Shown piece by piece: positions 12,301 through 23,706 of a stretch of 64,000 nucleotides of DNA. Within the stretch, counting starts at the first letter, position 1. Each line of letters begins with the position of its first letter. The notes beneath the pieces were generated by a model that searched no databases, had not been told where the DNA came from, and worked only from the letters and a program-made list of their open reading frames with translations. Location: contig DF237278.1 of NCBI GenBank assembly GCA_000708835.1, positions 1 through 64,000 of the forward strand, written 5' to 3'. Source of the DNA: Klebsormidium nitens. Taxonomy: Eukaryota > Plantae > Klebsormidiophyceae. A program made the translations under genes and the position numbers.

Positions 12301-14775
12301 TCGGAAACGCGGCGACACCCTCACTCAAATCTCGTGCAAAAGTCGCCGGAGAAGTTTAGAGGCCGACTTTGCGGTTGGCAGAGAGTAATAAATGCGACCT
12401 CCATCGGATGGTCCGGAACGTCGAAGTTGGGGGCTGCCCCCATCGATCAACGGTTCCGAACTTTCGTTGCTGGCACCACGAGCGTGCGCACTGACTGAAT
12501 TCCTACTGATCAACTTGAGCTCCCTGATCTTTTGTAGATTTTGTCACGCATCTTTGCGCTCCTTCGAACCAGCTTCGTGGGCCGCAAACGAGCTCCAATC
12601 ATTTGGCCTGCTTTCTTGAACCTCTTTTCCGTCCTCTGTAACGCACGAAGATAGGTACCCTCATCTCCCCAAAAGCTCTCACCCCTCTCTCCAAGCCTCT
12701 TCTGGCTGCCTCGGACCAGCTTCGCGAGACGCCAGCGCTCTCCGATCCTCTGTCCAAAGTCGTCACTTCTCAGGCTTCTGCTTTCATTGAAACATCTGGG
12801 ACCTTCAAACTGCTAAAACTTTGCGGTTCTCTCTGCAGGCCTCTTCTCGCTCCTTCGCAACAACACTCGCGGCATGGGGGGGCTCCAGAACTGGCGCGTG
12901 CCCCCCGGGAGCGACGTCGACAAACAGTGCCAGGGAGAAGAGGCGTTCGAGGAGAAGGACTGCCGATGGGTTGTCTTAACCACAACCGACCATATGGGAC
13001 CGGAAACGTTCACCGCCGACGAGCTTGCCCCCCTGAACGTAATGCACGAGTTTTGCCCGGGGTACCTTCCGCCCACCATCAAGTCCATCTACAGGTGCGA
13101 AATTCCGCTCGGGTTTGCCCTCGGGGAAAGGGTTTTACAGCATTACGCTGTTGAGGGTTTCTTTTCCCGAACTTTGAGGTTGACGGCTATGAGGAAAGAT
13201 ATTTACCGCCCACCATCAAGTCCGTCTACAGGTGCGAAACTCTCCCGATCGGTTTTGCCCACGGGCTAAGGGTTTTTACACCCTTATAGCGCGGACGATT
13301 AGCTGCTCAAAGAAAAAGGTTGACGGCTGTGAGGATTAACCCTGGGGGTACCTCCTATTACGCATCATCAAGTCCATCTACGGGTGCGGGACCCTCCCAC
13401 GGTTTTCGTCCCTCGGTCCGAGCCTTTGAGAATTGATAGCCTTACAGACTTTAAAGCTGAGCGTTTTCCATCCACTGAAGCTTTGAGGTTAAGGGTTTTC
13501 TATGACTGAACCTGCGGTAGAGCTTCTGGGATCCCAGGTTAAGTCCCGAATGTCAGCCGGCCCGCGCATCTGCTTTTGACGCCTGGGCTTCCTCTGCGAA
13601 CTCACCAACGATCATGATGATAATCGACTCTTTATTACAACCACTCCATCTGGTCTTGGCCTGGGATAAAAGAAGGTGTTGATTCGTCGCGGATTGATTG
13701 AGCAAACGCTGGACCTCTGATCCTCGTCTATTTGGAGTGGAGTCGTTTTCAAACAGCTACACCCACTCATACCGTGCCAGCTCGTAGAGCGTGCCCTGAA
13801 CGTTATTCGATTAGGATGCGGCTAACCTATCATCTCGCGCAAAATGGAAAGCGCACGGAAGCGCATTTCCTTCTCGAAGTGCTTCTTCAACGGGGCCGTA
13901 AGACGCCTGCCTCGATTGCTCCTAGGCGCAAATCTCAAGGCTGACAGATCTGATGGCAGCGCAGAACAAACAGCGCCTCCCGGTTGCTGGATATGCCCGC
14001 CGGCGTACTTGGCATGCCTCATCGCTTACGCGCGTCTTTTCTAAGCAAGTTCGAACTCGGGCCCTCTCGTTCAGCATAACTGTTAACCGTCGATGCTAAG
14101 ACTTTTTGCTCAGGCCCATAAAGATGCGTCCGATTATCCCGGTCACAAATAACCCTTTTTCCTTTCCTGCAGCTGCAAACCCGAACGGGTCCGATTATCC
14201 GGGTCACAAATAACCCGTTTTCCTTTCCTGCAGCTACAAACTCAAACGGGTCCGATTATCCGGGTCATAAATAACCCTCTTCCCTTTCCCGCAGCTACAA
14301 ACCCGAACGGGTCAACATCCGGTACACAAACTCGATCCTGGCGCACCATCCGCGGAGCGTCCTACTTTACGGGTGGGGCTTTCACGCGGGGCTGGATTCA
14401 GCCCGAGCGCTCCAGTATCTGATCACACCGATGGACCAACTCGCGCAAGAGTACCCGGAGACGACGCAGGTCGTCCTCTCGCGGCATTCCGCGCAGGCGA
14501 ACCGGCCGGAACAGTACGAGGCGACCCAGGGGAACGGAATCATCCGGAAGTATAACGAGGAGATAGGGGGGAACATCACGTGGATGAATGAGCAGCGGCC
14601 TGGGGTTCGGCCGATCTACTACTACGATATGTACAATTTGACGAAGGAAGCGTCGAGTTTTGACGGGTCGCACTACGGGCTGAGAGTAGGGCTTTTGAAG
14701 GCGCAAGTTACGATCAACTTCTTGGATAGGCTGCGACACGAACTGGGCTTCGCGCCTCGCTTCACGAAGTTCTAG
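9390..14775 (+). CDS. SGNH-hydrolase/PC-esterase-like type II membrane protein (putative O-acetyltransferase or esterase), 4 exons, ~404 aa
   Basis: Exons 9390-9611, 10964-11219, 12839-13094, 14295-14775 are phase-compatible (1215 nt). TM segment is LYIQLAGIVFVTLLCVHNLL. CQLYNYTSSEACGVLSSFDSILVFGESHERH carries a GDS-like nucleophile motif. The C-terminal FDGSHYG carries the DxxH motif. Confidence 0.85.
13065..13400 (+). repeat. Triplicated exon-3 end plus donor site of gene 2
   Basis: The unit caccatcaagtcc(a/g)tctac(a/g)g|gtgcg recurs with GT at 13095, 13232 and 13384. Confidence 0.9.
14125..14315 (+). repeat. 61-bp tandem repeat containing three acceptor sites of gene 2 exon 4
   Basis: The unit gtccgattatccgggtcacaaataaccc..ttcctttcctgcag|ct(a/g)caaac.c.aacgg repeats with AG ending at 14172, 14233 and 14294. 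Confidence 0.95.
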
Positions 14776-16627
14776 TTGGTCAGAGAGTCATTGTCTTACT
14801 AGGTGTACATATGCTTTGCCTACTTTCAGACTTAAGTTCGTTGTGCCTTCCCCCGTTGAGGATTCCAAGGTGCTCACTTCTCTTTTTAATGCACTCAATC
14901 CTGCATCATAGTTTCCTATGCGCACAATGATTTCAACAGCTTGAGTCAGTGGGTGGGTGGGTGCCGGCCTAGTCTTATCTAATCTGATCGTGCTTTGTCG
15001 CTCATCACTTCGATGTCGGTCGCGGCACGCATTAAGGTCTCATGCCGCGATTCCGTCTCAAAAGAATCTGTAAGGACTTTCGAACTAGGATCATACCCTA
15101 AGCGCATGAGGGAGCGCACCGGACCGATTGGCCGCGGCGCGGCTGCAAGGGCCGCCCGCGGCCTCGCAGCCAAGAGTTCCCTCGATCCGGGCTCGGTCAC
15201 TCGGCTCGCCGCGCTTGCCGCAACCTATAGACAGTACTCTACTTGTCCATTGCTCCATCTCTGAGGATCAGGCCGGCTTCCCGGCTTCACACTTGCCAGC
15301 GTGTACGATATGACTAAGTTAAGCACACATCCATGCATGTTGAATGGAAAATGCTTCAATCTGCGTTTAAAAAGTTCCTATGCGCCTCACTGCAGACGAG
15401 CCTGGCTGCAGGCCATGCTACATCGATTCGTACGTCCTGGCCTGACAAGACGTTCATGCCAATAACGCCAATTAAGAAAACAAACAAGATCTGGCCGCAT
15501 GTCATATGCACACCGCGTATGCTTCAGTATTTACACAACTGTGCAAAGTTCCGAATACATGATCGCGTATTCATCTAAGAATTGTGATTCCATCACTGGC
15601 AGGACGGCTGGCATGCAAATCTGAGGCTGTCAGCTAGAGACAAGTATGCTGCCACAGGCTGCACAAGCTGAAATTCAAGTTGGTGCACGACCGGTCAGCG
15701 GATGAAGACCAGGCGTCCGGATCCGACTTCCCAAATTAAACATGGATCAGATTACAGTTATTTTTTCTTTTTTTAAGGCCTGAGACTTAATATGTGACAC
15801 CCCTTACTGACTAGCTAGAACTTAAGATGCAATACAGGGCCTACATATTTCTTGTATAGCTTTGTCTCTAGAAACAAAGCTATGCAGCTGCAACGATGGC
15901 TAGTGCATGGGTGTACTTACTTTACAGTCATTTCACCGGGCCCTGCAAAGCTACTGGCGCTGGCCTGGCATTTCGGCCACCAGGCCGGATCTTGTTCCTT
16001 GCTATCCGAGCCTGATCTATATCGAGCTATCCTGTCCTGCTCAAGTCCCTGACTTCAGCGTCATGACTTCGAGTTTCTAAAGTTTCTACCCTTCACAACT
16101 TTAGCGGCTTTTAACTAGCCTGGCTTGATATTGCACGTTCTTTTATTTCGATCTCCTACTAATAACCTACGAGTCGGAGAATCGGATCAATTCAGACGAC
16201 TCACGATCAGTGACAAAAACTACATACAGCTGTTCACCCCTATGCAATCAGACAAACCTTGGTACGTCAATACCCTGGAGATTTTTACTGCACGCTTTCG
16301 TGCTCGAGACACCCCTGCACTTCGCTACTAGACTACACTTGTTCACCTATTTGCTCCCTATAAAACTACCAAGTAAGGTCCGCCAGAGCCCCCAAATTTC
16401 AAACTCGGATCTCGGAGTCTGTGCAACATTATCAGGTTTCTTCTTCCGGTTGAAATCGCAACTCTACCTCACCCCATTCCCTTGGAACTTTCAACCTTCA
16501 AGACTCTTGGTTCGCTCTCGGTTCGAAGTACCGGCGTATACAAGCTCAACAGGGGGATCCCCCGACCCTCCGATTTTCTCCATCGCCGCGTGCGCGCAGC
16601 TCCGGGCACTCTCGGTTTCCGTGACTC

Positions 16628-19600
16628 TCAGACAGGGGGATCCCCCGGTTTGTCCATCACCGCGTGCGCCCGGTGAAACTCCTGGAACTCGACAGCCTCG
16701 GAATTCTGCTGCCGGCGCTTGGACGCGAACACTCCCCCGGCAGCCAAGAGACTCACTAGCGCGACGCTCCCAACCGCGATGCCAAAAATCGCGCCCACCT
16801 GAAGACAGGAGCTGCCAGATGTCAACGTTTTCTAATCAATTGAATGCTTCTCCTGGTACTGACTTTTCAATTTCAATCATAAACCAACGCGCAAGGATTG
16901 AGGCAAGGTAAATAAGTCTTGAACTTCAGAACGGCTCCGAGGCTCATAGAAGTCATCAGCACGCAGGTCTCCTTCAGCAGTACCGGTTTGGCCTTCCTCA
17001 ACGCATTAGGATTGACACAAGCTGATCAAGGCTCAAGTTCTGGAACGCCTGCAGGGCTCGTAGAAGTCATCAGCAGAACCGTCTCCTTCAGCAGGACCGG
17101 GCTTGGAAGCGAGGAGGTAGAGCTCGGGAAACGGCGAGCTATTCGACGGAGCTCGAAAAGCACCCCCCGTCGATTCCTCAACCGGATTGTTCAGTGTCAA
17201 GAAGCCTACGACTCTTCGAAGTACACGTGACGTGAGATGGGGAACTGCGCTAGAATGCTTCCGATTTCAAGACAGCCGAGGCAGGTACCTTCAGGGTCCT
17301 GAGTAACCGGGGCAGAATACGAACTTGGAGTCCAGGTCTCGATGTCCAAATGATTCACCAAATCCGCAGCCGTCCATTTTTAGCGGTGCCCTCAAAGTCA
17401 GAGTAAAGTCGTCTGTGGATTCGAACTGTCCTAGAATAACCTGAAGCGCAACGCCGTTCTCTGTCGCGTGGCTGTTTGTTTTTGCAACCATGCGAATGTG
17501 CCTACAGCAACGGACGTGAAGTTACGACGAAGAGGCGAAACCGACCTCGACTAACAAAAGCATCCTCTCTGCTCAGCGCAATGGTAGACCTGTAAAAACC
17601 AGGCAGAAACATACCAACTGAAAACGGTCCAGAAAGATTATGGAAAACTGACTGAACTCTCACCCCGAGCCCTCCTGATTTGTTATCCACTGGCACCGCC
17701 GGGTTTTCCGCCGGGTTTGTCGCCGTAACTGCTGCCGCCGTCACTGTTCCTGCCATCAAGAGATACGACGAATTATGGTGATGAAGAATTTTGCCATCAG
17801 GAAAGGTTCTCCATTTTTGGGTGGCTATCCCTCCGTCGAGGGAGTACCCTGGAAGTACCCTGGAAGTACGACCGACTTGAAGTGAGACTTCAGTTTGTCA
17901 CTTTGCTGTCTCTCTCGATTATTACTGCGAAGAGCTATCACACTTGAATCGTCGCTCCTCGCACCAGTGTCATATTCAGTGGACTTGTTTAACAATTGAT
18001 ATTATTGGCAGAAGCCGAGAGGGTTGCGTTCGGTGAAGCACGCCCTACGCGCAGTCGCGCAAGGGCGGCGTTCCAGAGGACTCCGTTGCGCGCTGCCTTT
18101 TCGGCTATGCACCTTTGGATCTTGAAGCAAGTTTCTTCACCTTATGGCCCTGAAAGGCCCTTTTTGTCAAGCAAACGTCAGCTGCGAGCTGACAGGAAAA
18201 AGCAGGTTGTCGGTGTTGACCGAACAGGGGTATCTCAAGTCACCAGAAACGGCACACGTGGCTCTCCAGAGCAGTTTGTTCTTCTGCTTCCGAGCACGGT
18301 CAAGCGCTAACCCGATACGAAAAAGATCAGGGTCAACTGCTGCCCTACAACCGGAGAAACCCTGGACCAGAACACTTGGAAAGCTGCAAACAAGCCGCGG
18401 AACCGTGACGAAACGCTCGCGCTTGTACGAGGTTAAGCAGCGCAATGGTCAATCCAAACGGATGAATCTGGTTATCCCCTGATCGAAGAGGCTGCGACAA
18501 CGACGTGAAAACCAACTCAACATTTCTTCAAATCAGCTGTCCTCATCAGATCGGCTTTGCAGCGTAGGCCTTCATCGAAGGCGGGCGCCAACTGAACCCT
18601 CGTTCCAGTATTCTGAATTCAGAAATTGTTCTTCCTATTCCTGTGGGCGTTTGCGCACTTGGCCTCAGTAAGCCTAACGTCACTTGAGACGTCGCCATCG
18701 TTATTAATTTTAACGTGGAATCTCTAGCGAACTGGCAAAGGCAGTCGTGTTTGCAACCCTCACCACTTATGAGTGCAGCGGGGGCGCCTGCCGGGGGGTG
18801 GACGTTTGTGGGCGGGACGGGGGGGGGGTCGCAGTCGGGAGTTGCATACCCGTTTGCGCACGTGCACTGGTATACCAACTCTTCCGCCCCGTCAACCTCG
18901 ACCGTGCTGACGTCACACCTGTGGTGAACCGGACACACGTGGCCGTTCTCGCAAAGCTCGCCGGTCGCCGGCGCGGGGGCGGCAGCGGGGGGGCTGTTTG
19001 GGACGAGCGACGAGGGGGGGGTTTGGCAGTCCGGCGTAGCCAACCCGTTGGCGCACACGCACTGGTAGGACGACTCCTCGCCCCCGTCGAAAGTCACGAT
19101 CGTCGTGACGTCACACCGCTGAGGGGCCGCGCACACGAGCCTGTTCGCGCACGTTTCGCCGGTTGCCGGCGCCGCAGCGATTGCAGTGGGGGTTTGGCAT
19201 TTCAAGTCGGCGCAGACGCAGTTGTAAACTTCCTCAACTGGGTCCGCCCCGGCGAAGCTGACGTCACAGGTGTGGTAAGCAGGGCAATGGAGGCCGTTTG
19301 CGCAGACTTCGCCCGCGGGGGCGGGAGCCACAGCTGCACAGGAGTGGTTAAGGGCGGGTCAAGAGCAGGGTTAAGAGCGCTGAAGGGAGCCGATCAAGGG
19401 CAATTCAGGCTTGGCTGCAGACAGAGAGGAGGTCGGTCAAGAAGTGGTTTCGAGGTGGTTAAGCATGATTTGGGATTGGCCTTACTGTAGCTGAAATTGG
19501 GTCAGGATAGGCAAGGAGGGGTCAAAAAAGGTTGTACACTAGTCACGAAGGCGTTGAGTCCCGCGTCAAAAGTAGCTTTAGGCAGGGTCCTGAACCTCAA

Positions 19601-21007
19601 GGGAGGATAAAGGATCGGTCAGGCGTGCTTTAGCACTTGTCCAGAATTTGCTAAACCTATGGAGGTACTTCAGGAGAATGGAGCGACAGCCAGATTTGGT
19701 ATTGTTATATACACGAGTACGTGAATCGAGGAGGAATGGCCGATCCACCAAGGTGGGGCCAATCGGAGTGAGGCCAGACTAGACTAAAAGCTCAAAGCTT
19801 TCTGCACTTCAGCTTTGAGGGACACAGCGCTGAAAGGTGGGGTGATGCAGAATGACACTGCCAGAGGGTGCATAAAGTGGAACGGTGACTCTCTCTGATT
19901 CTGGTGCTTACACTTTCATCCTCACTGTGGTTTGGAAGTGACCAGAGCAAGCGGAACAAGCACGTTAGTGAAAGTTGGCTCATTGCAATCAGCCCTGAGT
20001 TGACCAAAGGGAAAAAGGGTGTATGGATCATTGCGTTAGCGGGACGTCAGCTATTGCCTTCTAAACGGAAGCGACAAGCATCACCAACGATAAATTCCAG
20101 GCCAACCCGATTCAAGGCACCTCCAACCTTGTTGTGCAATCGAGCTCCTTGTGCAGGCAAGGTTGCTCGATCAATGTATAGATGTAAAGATCGAGATGTA
20201 CAAACGGTTCAAACTTTTACGTTCCCATCTCTGACGCACCTTTGCTCCTGCGCAACTGGTTCAAACCCCTGTCATGCAAGGAGTATGCTGCCGGTCTAGG
20301 ACAGCTTGGTCATCCAATGTTGATGTCGACACCTTGACTTTATCACATCCAGAATGTTTCTCCAAGCATGCTTTCTATGCAAGCATCTAGCGATGAAACG
20401 CAACCAGTTCGAAACGTCGTCAAGATTAGAGAGGGCCCATACCTGCCGCCTGCCGAAGGCTCCTGCCAGATAACCGCTGCGACAGCGCTCCTTCAGCTTG
20501 GCTGACTGCACCAGAGAAGAAGAGCCCAGAAGGTCATGTCAGCTGCGCAAGTGTGGCAAGTTTGAGCTGACTTCTTGCAGGTCAGAGCTTGAATGGGATC
20601 AATCAGGCGTTCAAAAAGTCAAGCAGACCAAACAGAGTGACGTTCAAAAAGGTAGGCACGTTTCATTTGGAGTGCTTTTGCCAGCTTGACGTGAATCAGC
20701 AAACGAGCTGAGGTCAGGGTGGTGTTGCAGGGTATGGATTCTTAACCTCACAGAGCAAAGCCCAGTTAAGCTGTTACAGGAGAGTCTGTCTGGAACACAC
20801 GAACGCAGCCTGACTTCTCCTGAATCTTTGTTGACGCATCATGCGAGCTCTCTGGTATAAGCAGAAGACATGCTAACTTGGCTGAGAGGCTGAAGCTGCG
20901 CAATTGACAAAAAAAGTACTTTCATCTCTGAGCAAGCGGGGCTTGAAGGGGTCCTCACCTAGAATGCACCACAACAGGAGTCCTGCTATTGCAAAATTGG
21001 GGCCCAT
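16628..21007 (-). CDS. Type I membrane protein: signal peptide, three 6-Cys EGF-like repeats with Ala/Pro linkers, TM and short cytoplasmic tail, 5 exons, ~312 aa
   Basis: Exons 21007-20959, 20505-20443, 19333-18764, 17749-17664, 16798-16628 are phase-compatible (939 nt). Signal peptide is MGPNFAIAGLLLWCILVSQAEG. Cys spacing is C-x5-C-x5-C-x15/17/16-C-x-C-x4/8/8-C. CTCANGYATPDC fits the EGF_2 pattern C-x-C-x2-[GP]-[FYW]-x(4,8)-C. TM segment VGAIFGIAVGSVALVSLLAAGGVFA is followed by SKRR. Confidence 0.85.
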
Positions 21008-23706
21008 CTTTCTGTTGGTGGAGACAAATGCTTGACAAACAAAGTTAAGCCTTCAGCTGGTGTCCTGTCGTGTGATTGACACGCGCCAGCTTTTGCGCTT
21101 CTCCTTGAATGTTGTGTGAACACCTTTGCTTGTGTGTACACGTCATTTTTTCGGATTGCCTTTTTCAGCTCGCATGGCTGGGCATAACGAGCGTCGCAGC
21201 CATGGAGAATTTGCGAAGAGCCGACGCCAAGTCAACAGTGGCTTCTGAAGCTGCCTTCTGCTAGCAGCTGACGATAGAGGGGGGATAGAGGGAATGAGAG
21301 ATTATAGCCAGGAGACGAAAGTGGGACGGCGCTTGCAATTGATCGAGCTGAAAATAAGATTCAGCTCCTTTTGAAGCTCGGATAAACAAACCAGCTGCCT
21401 GCCCCTGAAATCTCTTTCTCCGTTTGGCTTCTCTCTGTCTCTGAAACGAGCTCTACCTCTTTTAAGTTGTAAGCATCAAATTTTCACGGGGAAAGTCTGC
21501 TTTCGTTGAGCTCAATCCAAGTTTTGGCATGGATGCTACCCAGCTGATGATACTAATATGCGCGAGCCCGCAAGGTTGCTTCACATTATGCAGCATAGGA
21601 GGTGTCACCGTACTTCAAGGGCCTTAAAAGTTGCATCTAGACAACGCCATGATGCGCCTTTTCCAAGCACTCACCCGCTTCATCGTTGCCTGCCAAAGCT
21701 AGCGGATGCCATTCACTTCCTCCTGTATTATGCAAGCTTGGGCAGCAATAAATGACCGGCTGAATCCAGCTGAGTCTGCCGGCTTTGTCGGAAACCGTCA
21801 CCTTCTGCTACTAAGCTGCCTGCAGCCTGCTGCGCTTTGCGCGCTTTGCATCTCTTTGTGCGCGCGTGACAACCTCTTTTATCGACGGCTGTCAACTCGG
21901 TTTGATATTGCACAGTAATCGACGGTGCTGAAGCTTCCAATGCTGTCCAATCCTCGCTGCCTCCGTGAGCCGTCAGATACAACATTTATAAAAAAGCATC
22001 GTCCGTCGGATGCAGATTCCGCAGTATCCTATCAAAGTGCACGTTGTGTTGAAGCTGCAGCCTGCATATACGAGTACTGACTGCAGTACAATACGGTACT
22101 GTACATGACTCAGCCGAACGTGCTGCTAGCGACGTTTCAGCAGCTCGACTCCGTGAAAAGCACGACTGCGAGTCTTGCATTGACCCCATCATCACGATAG
22201 CTCTCATGATCACTAGAGCAGCTTCCAGCTAGCTCATGTCAAGGAAGAAAGGCTCTGCAAGAGCGGCATTGTCCTTGATCACTAGAGCGCCCGTCTCCAG
22301 GATTATGATAGTGGACTTGCAGAAAGCGGTCCCTGCCATTCGCAGCAATGCGTAGACGTCTCTTTTGCGCCTGCTAGTAAATGTCTTCTGATCAAACACC
22401 TAGCCTGGCCCGCTGGCCCGCACCTTCAGAGCATGATCAGCAAAGCTCTCTGCCTGGATTCAGCTACCATAGCCATCCGCCGGGGAGCAGTACCGTTCTA
22501 CCCAGTACCTGTTCAACGCTGGGTCTAGACGATCAGTGGTGGGTGAACGCACCACTGAGATATCAGTAGCTGGCCCACTTACTAGACAGAGGCTAGGTAT
22601 TAACAGTCTCTGATAAATGATACTTTCAAGAATCGCAAGTTCCAGATTAAGCCAAGTGGCTGCTTCTGCCCTGAGCTGCTACTAGATGAAGGTTACTTCT
22701 TCCAGTCGCTGCAACCGGATCGGTGGATACTGCAGATTGCTTACAGCATGGCGGGCTGGGGAATAAAGCGCTCGTAGTGGGCAATGCCAGAATCGAAATA
22801 AGAGTTCTGTGGGGATTCAAATTATTGATTGCAAGAGCTGGCCGCTGCGCCAATGTCAAATCGTCTTTAACCAGGAAGCCCACTTTTGCTCAGAAAGTGG
22901 TGCATCCGATTTTAATGTCTGTATATTTTAAAGACTTGTTGCCGCTGATTGGAAGAGGGTCACCTTTTGTTGTGCAAGAAGGGTTGCACGTCTGCCACAA
23001 AGTACTACCATAGTCTCTGGTGTGCTTTCCAAAAACTAATCAGCAAACCAAGATTGAAAGTGAGTGAACTCGATCAGAGTGGATATCTCTCCAGTGAAAG
23101 TCAAAGTAAAAGTCTGCGGCAAGCGGCTGATTGAGGCTAATTGAGGCTGATTGAGGCTGATTGAAGCCTGCTGTGTTTTGGGATGGTATCCTGAATGACA
23201 GGAGCAGGCTAATGGATTCCCGAAAGTCTGGTGTGGCGCATACTGCAACACCCAAATGGAAATGCAAACCTCTGCTGTATTAACAAAGTCGCATCGTCTC
23301 AGCAACCAACAAGTATCGTAATCACACACACCGTTGGTACCATGTACTGATGCAGGTACTACCAGTCACGAGCATTCCGATTCTGCAGTCTGCCATTTTC
23401 CATCTTGGCTTTAAATAGAAACCCTAAAGCCCTTCAAAATATAACATTTCAGAGCCCCGATCAATTGTTGCCTACTTTCCCTGCATTCCTGACCAGTCAA
23501 GTTGAACTGTCGCAATGTACACTTTGAAAAGTTGCACATTTCAAGCGCTGACGTTGCCCCTCCTTTTGATTCTATACAGGTAGCTTGTTGCTCCAGCAGC
23601 CCCCCGCCGAAAAGACATGGCAAGAAGACCCGACTGCCAGAATTGGACCATCCCTTCACGCACGTAAATCAAGAGCTCTTCAAGCTGAAGCCGCCAGCTG
23701 TCACCC

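Noticed and set aside
14125-14315. Regular 61-bp repeats resembling a CRISPR array
   Set aside because: There are no unique spacers and no cas genes, the context is eukaryotic, and the unit is a duplicated splice acceptor.
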